Shown here piece by piece: positions 27,113 through 39,616 of a stretch of 64,000 bases of DNA. The stretch is taken from assembly GCA_964016885.1 (NCBI GenBank), contig OZ024741.1, positions 292,950,001 to 293,014,000 on the forward strand, in the 5' to 3' direction. Made by a program: the position numbers and the translations under genes. The stretch's first letter is position 1; every line of letters begins with the position of its first letter. Source of the stretch: Eledone cirrhosa. Taxonomy: Eukaryota. The notes beneath the pieces are model-generated. The model made no database searches. It had not been told where the DNA came from and saw only the letters and a list, made by a program, of their open reading frames with translations.

Positions 27113-30100
27113 TTACAGACACATACTCAGAGAAGGCCCATTCATTCGGGCCATACTTGCTTCTCTCACCCATCTTTCAACAAAATGCAGGGAAGAGAGC
27201 ACTTCCCTCTCTACCCTGATTTTCCTTTTCAAATAAAATTTGAAAAAGTTAATCAGGGCATCACCAAAGAGGTAAGTGCTCGTCTTCAGCCCTTTCAAAC
27301 GTGTCCACCATACTATCTCTTTCGCCATGGCCACCAGACAGATAAAAACTGCCTGCCCTTCCCGGCTAAAGGAAGAGGGCGGGGCAATCCTCACGATGGA
27401 CTCAGCTGATAGCCGGATCCGTCCTACACGTGACAGCAGGTGTTCGACATAAACCCACAAGTCAGCAATGCTCGGACACTGGAGGAGTGCGTGCAGGACG
27501 GTTTCGTCGCTCTGTGCGCATCTCGGACATGCCCGGCTGACAGCACCTCCATGCCTGTGGAGATTATCTTGAACTGGCAAAGCTCCCTGGTAGCACTGCC
27601 AGGCCAGGGATTTCTGGAAGTTGTCCATAGGCCCCGGCCCGAAAGTCCTTCCGAAGAGATTGGCTAGTTGATTATTGTCGACGTCTACAGTTTCTCCAAG
27701 TACGTCGTCGCTCTTCCCCTCCACTAATCCTCTATAGAACGCCAAGGTGGAGTTTCCACCGATCACATTGCCCGATTGGTCGAGGGCTGTGAGCGCCTGA
27801 AGACATTCCAGTCTCCAAACGCTCCCTCTCGGTCTTCACTTGACCCAGGACTGCAGCTCCGTCAAGGAGACGAGCTGGGGAAAGATGTGTCTAGCAAACG
27901 GTGACCATACTTGATCACCGTTGAGGAAGAGGTGGAGATGTCGAAGCCTGAGCGCGTGTCTGCGCATCATTAGCCACGGCATGCCCAGCCCTCCACGTAG
28001 CGGGTGTTGACAGCAGATGGACCGCCTGACCATCGGACCGCGTCCCTTCCACAAAAAGCGAAAGAGCAAACGCTCCAGCGCAGTCAGGCGGGGCTTAGAA
28101 CAAGGTACGACAGTCAGGCGGTAGTAGATGACGGACGCGATGTACGCGTTAGCCACCTCCGCTCTACCTTTCAGGGATAGCTTCCTCTCGGCCCATTTCT
28201 GGGTGAGAGAAGCCACCCTGCTCGTCACCTCGTCCCAGTTTTTGTCCGTCTGGAGGTCTGGACCGAACCAGATCCCTAGCAATTTAACCGGTCCGTCCGT
28301 CCAGCGCCCGACGACGCTGTTGGACGGCATAGACCTGCCTCTCCAGGTGCCGAGCTGCAGGCCCACTGACTTTTCCTGGTTGATCATTGCTCCTGTCACC
28401 GCTTCGTATTCTCTTAGTGTAGTGCCGATCGCCTCGATGTGTTTGGCGTTCGATACCACTACGGTGACATCGTCCGCATATGCTGACACGGATCTTCCGC
28501 ATCCTAGTTCGCGCGGGACCCCCTCAACGTCTCAAGTTTGTGCAGTAATGGCTCGAGAGTCAATAGGTACAATAGGGACGAGAGGGGACATCCTTGGCGG
28601 ACCGAGCGCATGATGTTGAACGGTTCCGAAAAAGGTGACCGTTCACTCTCACTACAGAGCAGATGTCGCTGTGCATGGCAGCAATCCAGCCTCTGAAGAC
28701 GGGCCCAAAGCCAGCCGCCCTCAGGACTGCCGCTAGGTAACGATGGTCGACCCTATCGAAGGCTTTCGACTGATCTAAATTGATCAAAGACCCACCCGTG
28801 CCAGGTTCCCTAGCTACCCTCTCTAAGATGTATCACATTAGGTGGAGGTTGTCGTGGATGGATCTGTCGGGAATGGCGCATGTCTGCGCCTCTCCCACCA
28901 GACCACCAACGACAAGCGCCAACCTCTTTGCTAGCACCTTAGCCAAAATCTTGAACTCTGTCTTTAGCAGAGTTATGGGCCTAAAATTATCTATGTTATC
29001 CCCCTTGTTCGGATCCTTTCTCAGCAGCGCCACCGCTCCTCGGCTCACAGAGCTGGGAATTCTCCCGTTCTGTTGCCAGTTGCAGTAGACGTCCGCCAAG
29101 AGGCCTCCGAACAAGTCTGGCATTTGTACGTAAAGTTCATAGGGAGAACCATCCAAACCAGGCGATTTACCCCTTGTGCAGCCATTCATTGCCTCCCGTA
29201 CTTCAGCGGCTGTTATCAGCTTTTCGCAACACTCCGCCTCAGTGGCCGAGAGCCGCGGCAGTCCGTCGAGGTATACACTAAAGTCCATCCCTCGATCCGG
29301 CCCGCCACTGCCCCCGAACAGTAGAGCGAAGTGTCGCTGAAAAGCTTCACACATTTGCCCGGGATCGAGTAGCATGCACCCGTCGTGGTCCACCAAAGAC
29401 CGGATCGTGGCTTTGTTGCCACGACGCGCCTCCGCCACTCGGGCCCATTGAACGGATTTCGTCCCTCGTGTCTGAGAGCACGCACCCTAGTTCTGACAAC
29501 GCAGCCTTCGTGCTTTGCATTGAAGAATTGGTCAAGGGCCAATTTCGCCGCAAGTACGTCGGTCGCGATGCCTTTGCAAAGCGCTTCGTCTAATTTTGTA
29601 ACTAATTCTCCCTCTGCTCTATTTTTCTCTATTGCTAAAGCCTTACTAAACCTAATGGACTCTATTCTAATTGCTCTTTTCAGAGCAAACCACCACTTGT
29701 TGTTGACGATGGCCCCCGTCAACGCCCGCTTAACTAGTTCGCTAATCCGGTCTCTGTAGGCCTTGCGCGCTGGTAAGGACGCGTTTAGCTTCCAGTAGCC
29801 GGGTCCTCGTCAATGAAGCCTATCTAAATCAAGCACACAGATCACGAATTTGTGGTCCGTGTAGCTGACTATCTTGAATTGTGGACAGCCTATGCTAGAT
29901 CTATCTATTTCCCTACAAAATAATCTATCTAGATATGATCTGGATGACCCTATGCGATTTGTTCAAGTCCACATTGGTACAGACGCGAAATCCAATCGGT
30001 ACCTGTCAGACAGTTCAAAACGCCTGAGCAGGTTGGTGAGACTCTTGCACCCTCCTTCCCTATCCACTAATCCCACACAATCCCAGCGTGCATCTAAGAT

Positions 30101-30532
30101 CCCGTTCCAGTCGCCCACTAACACTAAAGAGCGGGACGTTCCAAGAAAGGTCTCTAGACGCCGGAAGAAATCAGGCCGCCCTGCTCCTGTCGGGGCATAG
30201 ACGGCCACTAACCTGAAAGCTTGCCCGTCTCCGCTGGTCACGTCCAGCACCACCAACTTACCTTCTGGGTCCAGGAAGATGGCCCGTATGGCAAGATCCA
30301 AACCTCTCCGAAAAAGCACAGCAACTCCTCCCCCCGATCCCGGACGGCTGGGAGATGCGTACACATCGTAGCCGCCGAAGATCGGTGCGAAGGCCCGTGC
30401 TTCGGAGATTCTGGTCTCGCTGATGGCCACTACATCTATGTTTAGTGACCTGAGGTCGTTGAGCAGGTGGCCCTGCTTCCATGACGACCCCAAGCCACGC
30501 GCATTTATGCTGCCTATTCTGAGTGAGGTCAT
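27113..30532 (-). pseudogene. Tx1-like ORF2 (APE endonuclease, reverse transcriptase, C-terminal CCHC), disrupted
   Basis: SINARGL, VAISET, VGDWN; KSPGLDG, NFRPITLL, LDQSKAFDRVDH, SAYADD; CPRCAQSDETVLHALLQC. Broken by premature TGA stops (29963, 28833) and frameshifts. Confidence 0.92.
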
Positions 30533-30626
30533 GTTGAAAAGGAGTGGAAAAGATGGGAAAGACCACTTACCTTACTTCTCGTAGAGGAAGGACGGTTTTT
30601 CCATCCTTTTCACTGCTTGTGGCCTC

Positions 30627-32351
30627 CTAAGGAAGGATGTCCTTATAAATCCTCCTGGAGAGAGCTTGTCGGAAGTCTCCGATGTCTTTGGGGAATTTTT
30701 GTTTCAGTGTTATGTACGTTTTCTGTGTGATGCGAGTGATTTGTATGTGTGGAGGTGGTGTGAATTTTTGGGTTCTTGTGTAGTCTTTTTCTGTGATGCT
30801 GGTGTTGTGTTGGATGTAGTGTAATAATTGCTTGTTGTTCAAATTTAATGCTGTGTAGTGTGTATCGTTTTGGTTCTTTTGTTTTGTTTGCATATGTTGT
30901 GGGTTTGTTTCTGTTTCGCATTTTGGTGACTTTTGTGGTGTAGGTGATGGTGGTGTTGGGGTTAATGATGGTGATGGTGTTGGTGTTTGGGGTGATGGGG
31001 TTGGTGATGCTGGTGTAGATGGTGGCATATCTGTCCTAACTTTTTTGTTTGTTAATTTATTTGTTTCCCTCTGTATTTTGTTTTTGGAGGGGGAAGGAAG
31101 AGAATTTTTTCTTTTTTGGTTTTTTTTTCCTGATACCATCTCCCACTCCTCGTCGTCACAATCTGTCTCCAGTTGTGATAGGCCGGGGAGTGGAAAATCC
31201 TCCACAGGCGTTAGTTTTGGTTGTGGCGTGGTGGATGGTGTAGGCGCTGGTGCTAGTTCTGAAGCGTTGGGTGGTGGTGGTGTTGGTTTTGCTGGTGGTG
31301 GTGGTGGTGGTTTTGGTACTGTTGCTGGGGTTGTTGCTGTTATAGTTGCTCCTGTTGTTGCTGCTACAGTTGTTGCTGCCATCTCTGCTACTGGTGGTGT
31401 TGATGGTTGAGTCACTGGGGTGGGTAGGAGAGTTGGCCTCAACCTTTTAGCCTGAGGGCAGAAAGCCCTTAGGTGGGTTCCTTCACCACAAACGACACAC
31501 CTAGGCCTTCTGCCCTCGACAATTACGGTGAGGTCTATTACATCTGGGATCTCCTCAATGCTTTTTTGGTCCGCTTGGATCAGGAGCTCCATCCCAGATC
31601 CGGACCAGTACCCCTGCTTTTCTTTTTCTATTGCTATTATCTTTGTGTTGGCTTCGATGCCGGCGAGGACGGCCGCTATTAGCCAGGGAATTTCGATGGC
31701 CGGTGGAACCTGGGTCACCCTGATCTTTACGAGTCTCTGGCCACAATAGCTTGGGACGACTGTGAAGTCGTCACTTCTTAATGGGGCCTTGGAGTGTTCT
31801 CTAGCCTCCTCTGGTGTTTCAAAGAACACGTCCACGGTTCCATACTTCTGCCCACGTCTGATGTGGGTTTTTCTTGCCCACACATGTCCCAAAGCTTTTG
31901 GGATTTGGGACTCGGATGCCCGTTCCACTCGGCGCGATTTTACATTTATTGTTCGATACGACACGGTGCATAGTCGCCGATGCTCCATTTTATTAGGGGG
32001 GGGGGGACTGATCCTTTACCCATCTTTCTTTACCATTTTTTTGGCATTTTCTAATTCCTCCTGAGTTACCGTAAATGCTTCGCACTGTTTTGCTACTCTG
32101 GCAAAACTCAGGGTGGTTTTTTTAATGTCATTGTTGTTGTTGTTGTTGCTATCGTTATTTTTGTTATTATTAATTTTAGTTTCAGTTGTGGTTGTGGTGA
32201 CGTCAGTGGAGTTCGGTTTGGAAGAGTCCATTTTGGTTGAAAATATTTCGACATCACGAGTTGATTTATTTTTTCCTTTTGTTTCTGTTGTCGTCGTGGT
32301 GGTGGGGGTGGTGATTGTCGCGGTGGTGGCGGCTTTAACACCTGCAGTCAT
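30627..32351 (-). CDS. Tx1-like ORF1 (nucleic-acid chaperone, CX2CX4HX4C zinc knuckle, Pro/Thr-rich linker)
   Basis: CVVCGEGTHLRAFC in the 453-aa ORF 30627-31988; the upstream ORF 32016-32351 is in the same frame, separated by one TAA at 32016-32018. Confidence 0.8.
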
Positions 32352-32729
32352 TGGTAATGGCGGGAAATGAATGTCTGCCTAAGACAAATTTAAAATATTG
32401 CTAGTGCTTAAATTGTTTGTGTTGGCAAACGTAGTATCATTTACAATGATGGTGTCGGTGTGAGGTGTTAATTTGTGAGGAAGGCTTTCAGCTGCTTGGT
32501 GCAGAGGTGAATTAGCCATTTTTTTTTCAAAGAAATTTTTTGATAATCATAAAAGTTTAAATTTTGGGCACAAGGCCCCAATCTTTTTGGGTGTCCTTTT
32601 CGGAAAACAATGTATGTGCGCTTATATATAGTTAACAATAAAAATTTTCCATAAATGGCAATTTCTAACAAACGGAAATAACAAACCTTTGCGGAGCTCA
32701 CGATGATACGATTTACTACGTAGGTCGCC

Positions 32730-32761
<32 letters not shown>

Positions 32762-32811
32762 TAGTATTAATAATAATAATTATTTTTATTATTATTATCA
32801 TTGTTATTGTT

Positions 32812-35146
32812 ATTCCTTGAATCTCAGTCATTGATGTTGGTTAACTGGAAAGTCCGTTGGATTGAATATCAAGCCACTACCTGCAGCCTCAGATATTCAG
32901 GACGTATCGGAGGGTTCTTGCTGTTCCAAGCAAGCATGCCTTTTGAAGCGTTCCAAAAAGCGTGAAGGGGCCGATTTTCTTTAACCATCCCTGGAAACTT
33001 TTGGAGATAGTCCCCAGTGCGCCTATGACAATCGGGATCACTTTGACTTCATGGCAGTTCCAAATCCTTTTCACCTCCCACTTTAGGTCCTGGTATCGGT
33101 TAATTTTCTCCCTCTCCTTCTCTTGCACTCTCGTGTCGAACGGGCAGGCCACATCCACAATCAGGCACGATCTTTTCTCTTTGTCCACAACCACCAGGTC
33201 AGGTCTATTGTGTTCCAGTTTTTTGTCCGTCTGTATCCTAAAATCCCACAGCACCTTCACCTGATTGTTCTCCATCACCGCCTCTGGCCTATGCTCATAC
33301 CATTTCTCAGAATGTGGTAGATTGTTTACTTTGCACAGGTGCCAGTGGATCACCCTGCCCATCACATCGTGTCTCCAGCCCTTATAGTGGGTCTGGGCTA
33401 GGTGTTTACACTCGGACACAATGTGAGCCACAGTCTCCTCTCTCTCTCCACAGATCCTGCACAGTGGGCTAGCCTCCTCCTTGTAGATATGGTGCTTCAA
33501 CCACTTCGTTTTGAGGGCCTGCTCCTGCGCAGCCATTAGCATTCCTTCTGTAGCCTTTTTGAGGTCTCCTCTTCTCAACCAGTTCCATGTCTGTGGATCT
33601 CTAAATTCAGTTTTCTCAAAGAAGGTACTATGAAGGGATTTTCCCTTAAGGCTGCTCTTCCTCCTTGATGTTATTTCCTCCCTGGACATCCCCTGGCCTA
33701 CTGTCCCCTCCTTCAGTACAGTTCTGAGCATTGGCTCCTTACTATAGGTCACGTATTTGTATAGGTTGTTTTTCTCCATCTGAACGCAGTCCTCTATGCT
33801 GATAAGACCTCTTCCACCCTCAGATCTCCTTAGGTAGAGTCTATCGACATCACTCCTCTTGTGGAACATGTTGTAGATAGTCAATAGCTTCCTAGTCTTC
33901 CTATCCATTTCTTTTTGTTCAGCAACATTCCATCTCAGAATTCCCGCACTGTACCTAATAATAGACACAGCTCGGGAATTTATACGCTTATGGCATTTCT
34001 GCTGTTCAGATGTGACTTCAATACGCTCCTTACTCTCCGAATGTATTCAGTTCTTAACAATTCCTTCATTTTTTTGTTCTTTATGCCATCAGCCTCCAGA
34101 ACGCCCAAATACTTGTATCCTTCCTCAGAGTCAATTTCCTTTATCATCTCACCTGTTGGTATCTGGATCCCGTTACTTCTGCTCAACCTACCCCTCTTCA
34201 TCACAATGACTCCACATTTACCAATACCAAACTGCATACATATATCACTGCTGAAAATACGGACAGTGTCAACAAGCACATCCAACTCCTTCTCACTTTT
34301 CCCGAAGAGCTTAAGATCGTCCATGAAGAGGAGGTGATTGATGGTAAGCTCTCCCCTTCCCAACTTGTATCCTGCTCTCACTTTTCGCAGCATAATGGTC
34401 AAGGGCATCAGGGCAAGGACAAACAACAGAGGGGACAGGCTATCTCCCTGGAAGATACCTCTCTTGATCTTCACGCTTCCCAAGGATACTCCAGTTGATG
34501 TCAACTCTGTCTCCCAGGACCCCATACTCCTGCCTAGCAACTGTCTGATGTTATCTGCCACCCTGAAGATCTCCAGGCTTTTGGTGATCCAGGAATGAGG
34601 CACCATGTCAAATGCCTTTCTGTAGTCTATCCATCCCATGGCAAGATCAGTGTGTCTCCTCCTGCAATTCCCCATTACCATCTTATCAATAAGCAACTGG
34701 TCCTTTGTACCACGTGACTTCTTTCGGCATCCTTTCTGTTCGTCCGGTAACAAGTTGTTTGTGTGGAGGTGATGGTAGATTTCCTCAGACACAATGCTCG
34801 TCAACAGTTTCCACATTACGGGCAGACATGTGATAGGTCTATAGTTGGTAGCATCATTACCCTTGATTCGGTCTTTCATTATCAGAACTGTGGTACCTTT
34901 TGTCAACCACTCTGGCACCTCACCCGACACCAAGCAGTCATTGAACATGGCCGTCAGCTTCGGGTGGAGGGATGTTAAATGTTTAATCCAATACCCCTGC
35001 ACACCATCTGGGCCTGGTGATTTCCAGTTGGTTAGTTTTTTGGCTTGCCTCTTAAGAGTTTCAACTGTGATACTCAAATCAGTCTGTTGCTGTGCCTGCT
35101 CACCGATCTCCCTCTGTACTGTCTCAATCCACCCTGCCTGGGCATT
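32812..35146 (-). mobile_element. R4/Dong-clade LINE, 5'-truncated (copy A): RT + CCHC + restriction-like endonuclease
   Basis: KSPGPDG, NYRPITCL, DYRKAFD, GIFQGDSLSPLLF, LFMDD; CRICGEREETVAHIVSEC, RHD, RPDL..VDVACP..EKINRY; one frameshift near 33975; (TTA)n at both ends. Confidence 0.92.
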
Positions 35147-35147
35147 A

Positions 35148-35184
<37 letters not shown>

Positions 35185-35194
35185 GTTGTTATTA

Positions 35195-35854
35195 CTCTTT
35201 GAGTCTCAGTTAACTGGAAAGTTTGTTGAAATGAATATCAAGCCTCTACCTGCAGCCTCAGATATTCAGGACGTATCGGAGGGTTCTTGCTGTTCCCAGC
35301 AAGAATGCTTGTTGAAGCGTTCCAAAAAGCGTGAAGGGGCCAATTTTCTTTAACCATCCCTGGAAACTTTTGGAGATAGTCCCTAGTGCGCCTATGACAA
35401 TCGGGATCACTTTGACTTCGTGGCAGTTCCAAATCCTTTTTACCTCCCACTTTAAGTCCTGGTATCGGTTAATTTTCTCCCTCTCCTTCTCTTGCACTCT
35501 TGTGTCGAATGGGCAGGCCACATCCACAATCAGGCACGATCTTTTTTCTTTGTCTACAACCACCAGGTCAGGTCTACTGTGTTCCAGTTTCTTGTCCGTC
35601 TGTATCCTAAAATCCCACAGCACCTTCAACTCATCGTTTTCTATCACCGTCTCTGGCTTATGCTCATACCACTTCTCAGAATGTGGTAAATTGTTTACTT
35701 TGCATAGGTGCCAGTGAATCACCCTGCCCATCACATCATGTCTCCAGCCCTCATAGTGGGTCTGGGCTAGGTGTTTACACTCGGATACAATGTGAGCCAC
35801 AGTCTCCTCTCTCTCTCCACAGATCCTGCACAGTGGGCTAGCCTCCTCCTTGTA
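35195..35854 (-). mobile_element. R4/Dong LINE 3' fragment (copy B, more diverged)
   Basis: ORF 35258-35800 is a diverged copy of the RLE domain; bounded by (TTA)n. Confidence 0.9.
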
Positions 35855-35885
35855 AATAAATTATTATTATTATTATTGTTATTGT

Positions 35886-36799
35886 TATTCCTTGAATCTC
35901 AGTCATTGATGTTGGTTAACTGGAAAGTCCGTTGGATTGAATATCAAGCCACTACCTGCAGCCTCAGATATTCAGGACGTATCGGAGGGTTCTTGCTGTT
36001 CCAAGCAAGCATGCCTTTTGAAGCGTTCCAAAAAGCGTGAAGGGGCCGATTTTCTTTAACCATCCCTGGAAACCTTTGGAGATAGTCCCCAGTGCGCCTA
36101 TGACAATCGGGATCACTTTGACTTCATGGCAGTTCCAAATCCTTTTCACCTCCCACTTTAGGTCCTGGTATCGGTTAATTTTCTCCCTCTCCTTCTCTTG
36201 CACTCTCGTGTCGAACGGGCAGGCCACATCCACAATCAGGCACGATCTTTTTTCTTTGTCCACAACCACCAGGTCAGGTCTATTGTGTTCCAGTTTTTTG
36301 TCCGTCTGTATCCTAAAATCCCACAGCACCTTCACCTGACTGTTCTCCATCACCGCCTCTGGCCTATGCTCATACCATTTCTCAGAATGTGGTAGATTGT
36401 TTACTTTGCACAGGTGCCAGTGGATCACCCTGCCCATCACATCGTGTCTCCAGCCCTTATAGTGGGTCTGGGCTAGGTGTTTACACTCGGACACAATGTG
36501 AGCCACAGTCTCCTCTCTCTCTCCACAGATCCTGCACAGTGGGCTAGCCTCCTCCTTGTAGATATGGTGCTTCAACCACTTCGTTTTGAGGGCCTGCTCC
36601 TGCGCAGCCATTAGCATTCCTTCTGTAGCCTTTTTGAGGTCTCCTCTTCTCAACCAGTTCCATGTCTGTGGATCTCTAAATTCAGTTTTCTCAAAGAAGG
36701 TACTATGAAGGGATTTTCCCTTAAGGCTGCTCTTCCTCCTTGATGTTATTTCCTCCTTGGATATCCCCTGGCCTACTGTCCCCTCCTTCAGTACAGCTC

Positions 36800-36800
<1 letters not shown>
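35886..36800 (-). mobile_element. R4/Dong LINE 3' fragment (copy C, near-identical to A)
   Basis: ORF 35964-36653 nearly identical to the C-terminal part of 32889-33968; followed by (TTA)n 36801-36852. Confidence 0.92.
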
Positions 36801-36843
<43 letters not shown>

Positions 36844-36854
36844 GTTGTTATTAA

Positions 36855-37100
36855 AGGCGGTGGATTAGCAGTATTAGTAGAGTGTCAGACACCATGCTTG
36901 GCAGCATAGAGTTATGGCCCTTTATGTTCTAAGTTCAAATACCACAGAGGTTAACTCTGTTTTCATCCTTACGGGGTTGATAACATAAAGTACAAGTAAT
37001 GCACAGGGGTAATTGCTGACCTTGTGCCAAAAGTAGAAACAATTAATATTTTGAGGTCGATAAAAAAGTAACAGTCCACTACTGGGGTCAATTCTTTCAC
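36855..37100 (+). mobile_element. tRNA-derived SINE (same family as 5933-6166)
   Basis: ggcggtggattagcagtattagtagag..agttcaaat..gaggttaactctgttttcatccttacggggttgataacataaagtac. Confidence 0.7.
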
Positions 37101-37659
37101 ACTTCCAGTCTCTCAAACTATATCCTTCTCTGGAATAAATCTGCTTTTTTCAGACCTAGGAAGGAGATGGGCAATGCCAGGTGTTAGAAATACCATAGAA
37201 ACACATTGCAGTGCCTCTACAGCTCCCCCAGGAAAAGAGAGAAGAGATAATATTCCTGAAAATAACATTGAGAAAACAAAACGAATATGCTGGAATTTGA
37301 TTGGTTAATCAATAAGGTTCAGAAAAAGAGTAAGACGGGAAGCAGAAGCTGCTAGGAACATTTTATAGCAAAAGATTGATTTGATGAAAGAGGTATTTTA
37401 TGTGTTTTGTTTTTATATTAAACCAAGTATAGAAATAATAAAACCAATGGTAGAATTATGGAAAGTCCATCATTAAGTCCACGGTGTTCTATTATCTGTG
37501 TGTCTATTCTTAATTCAGATATGGATTGGTGATACAATATTTATAGTTCCAACAGAAATTTTGAAAATGGTGAGATTTTCTTGAAAGACAACTTATTGAA
37601 CCACATGTTTATATGTATCTATCTATATAACTGTGTGCATATATATATATATTGGAACA

Positions 37660-37823
37660 CTGTAAATGTTGTTGGTGCTAGGAAGGGCATCCAACCATAC
37701 AAAACCTGCCAGATAGTCCTATACGAGTGAGACATGGTCACCCAACCAATCTTACCTCAAATGGGACAATTCCCATCTAACTCATACTAGCATTGCAGAT
37801 AGACGTTAAATGATGATGATGAT
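37660..37823 (+). mobile_element. Non-autonomous RTE-related short element
   Basis: ggtgctaggaagggcatcc ... agacgttaaatgatgatgatgat; related to 22019-22435 and 54246-54360. Confidence 0.65.
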
Positions 37824-37924
37824 ATATATATACATATTTATAATAGACACGGAAACACATGTCAAAGCAAACAAATTCATAATCTCTCCACGCCACCATT
37901 TTATTTTTCATGGTGCAATGCTTG

Positions 37925-37980
<56 letters not shown>

Positions 37981-37984
<4 letters not shown>

Positions 37985-38087
37985 TGTAAGTTTGAGGAAT
38001 TATTAGATAAAATATATAGTTTCTATGGACTAGGGAGAGGAAAGACTGTATATATTTTATCTAATAATTCTTCAAACTTACAATTTT
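37981..38087. repeat. Short inverted repeat (~38-bp arms, ~30-bp spacer)
   Basis: aagttgtaagtttgaggaattattagataaaatatata / tatatattttatctaataattcttcaaacttacaattt. Confidence 0.85.
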
Positions 38088-39616
38088 ATATATAGCTCTG
38101 ATTAGCAATTATTTGCTAAATTAATTCTTTCATTGAGCCACACCGTGAAAGGTATCCACACTCACATGTGTATCTGTGACTATGTCTAAATATATACATA
38201 TACCCCTATGAATTTAATATATATATCATCATCATCATTTTACGTCCGCTTTTCCCTGCTTGCAAGGGTGGGACGGGTCTTATTCAGCACGGCATCTCTC
38301 CACTTGTCACGGTCCTTCGTCATCTCCACCATGAGCTTCAGCGATCTGAGGTCTGTTCTCACCGCCTCCGCCCATGTTTTTCGTGGTCTACCTCTACCAC
38401 GTCTTCCGTCAACTGGCATTTCCTGGCACTTCTTCACCCATCGGTCATCCTCCATGCGCATCACATGTCCATACCACCGCAGTCTCCTCCCTCGCACACT
38501 ACATTCTATCCCTCTCAGACACAGCTTTTCTCTCAACACATCCATGCTGGGTCGTTCACGCACATTGACATTGTACATCAAACGGAGCATGCTTGCCTCA
38601 TTTCTCTCCAGCCATGGCATATCCTCTGCAGTTGCTGCCCAAGTCTCACTACCATGCAGCATCGCGCTCCTCACACAAGCATCATATAACTGGCCTTTTG
38701 TACGCAGGGAGAAACCCTTCTTCGTCAGCAGAGGAAGCAGCTCCCTAAACTTCTTCCAACCTGTCCTTATTCTAGATACTATGGCCTCGGAACACCCCCG
38801 TCCCATGCTAATCTGATCTCCTAGGTACCGGAAGCTATCCACCACTTCTATAGCACCTGCCTGCATTTGAAAAATGTGTCTATCAATGCGACTTCTACTG
38901 TCTAATTTCCCTGTATATCTACTACATACATATTTCCCCCTACCTGTTAGTTTGCCTGCTATCCCACTACATCTCTTGTGTACCCAGGATCTGCATTGTG
39001 TGCATTTTATAGAATTTATGCCAGTTCCTTTTCTGCATATCGAACATGGCCATTTCCCTGACGGAATCAGAGTTTTGTCCTCTTTTCTACTCATCAACAC
39101 TTTTGTCTTAGCTAGGTTCACTCTCAGTCCTCTTGCTTCCAACTGCTGTTTCCATAGCCACAATTTATTCTCTAGCTCCTCTACTGATTCTGCTATAAGA
39201 ATCAGATCGTCAGCATAGAGAAGTTCCCATGGACAGCCAGTCTTAAACCCCTCTGTTATGGCTTGGAGGACTATAATGAACAAAAGCGGGTTGAGGACCG
39301 AAAAATGATGTACTCCTACTTGTATCTGGAATTCCTCACTAAAAAACATTCCTACCCTGACTTTACTTACAGCACCTCTGTACAAAGTTTGCACTGTCCT
39401 CACAAGCCATTCCTCATCACCTTAGGGACCACCAGATGACAGATCGGGGTACCCTATCAAAGGCTTTCTCTAGGTCAACAAAGGCTAAGTATAGTGGCTT
39501 ATTCTTCTCTAAGAACCTCTCTTGTAATTGTCTCACCAAGAAGAGGGCATCTGTTGTACTTTTCCCAGGCACAAAACCAAACTGCATTTCATCTAGTTTG
39601 ACCCTTTCTCTAATTA

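Larger units (their letters stand above)
26868..32729 (-). mobile_element. Full-length Tx1/L1-clade LINE inserted in an (AAT)n tract
   Basis: 5' UTR, ORF1 with CCHC knuckle, ORF2 APE-RT-zinc finger, 3' UTR with AATAAA (minus strand, ~26875-26880); (AAT)n on both flanks (26816-26868, 32730-32757). Confidence 0.92.

Noticed and set aside
31996-32018. Programmed frameshift at the G11 run in Tx1 ORF1
   Set aside because: The two ORF1 pieces are already in the same frame; the break is an in-frame TAA at 32016-32018.
38208-38816. Antisense 200-aa ORF over the RTE 3' region (also 9053-9646 and 26016-26564)
   Set aside because: Shadow ORF of the RT-coding strand in near-identical copies; no recognisable domain.
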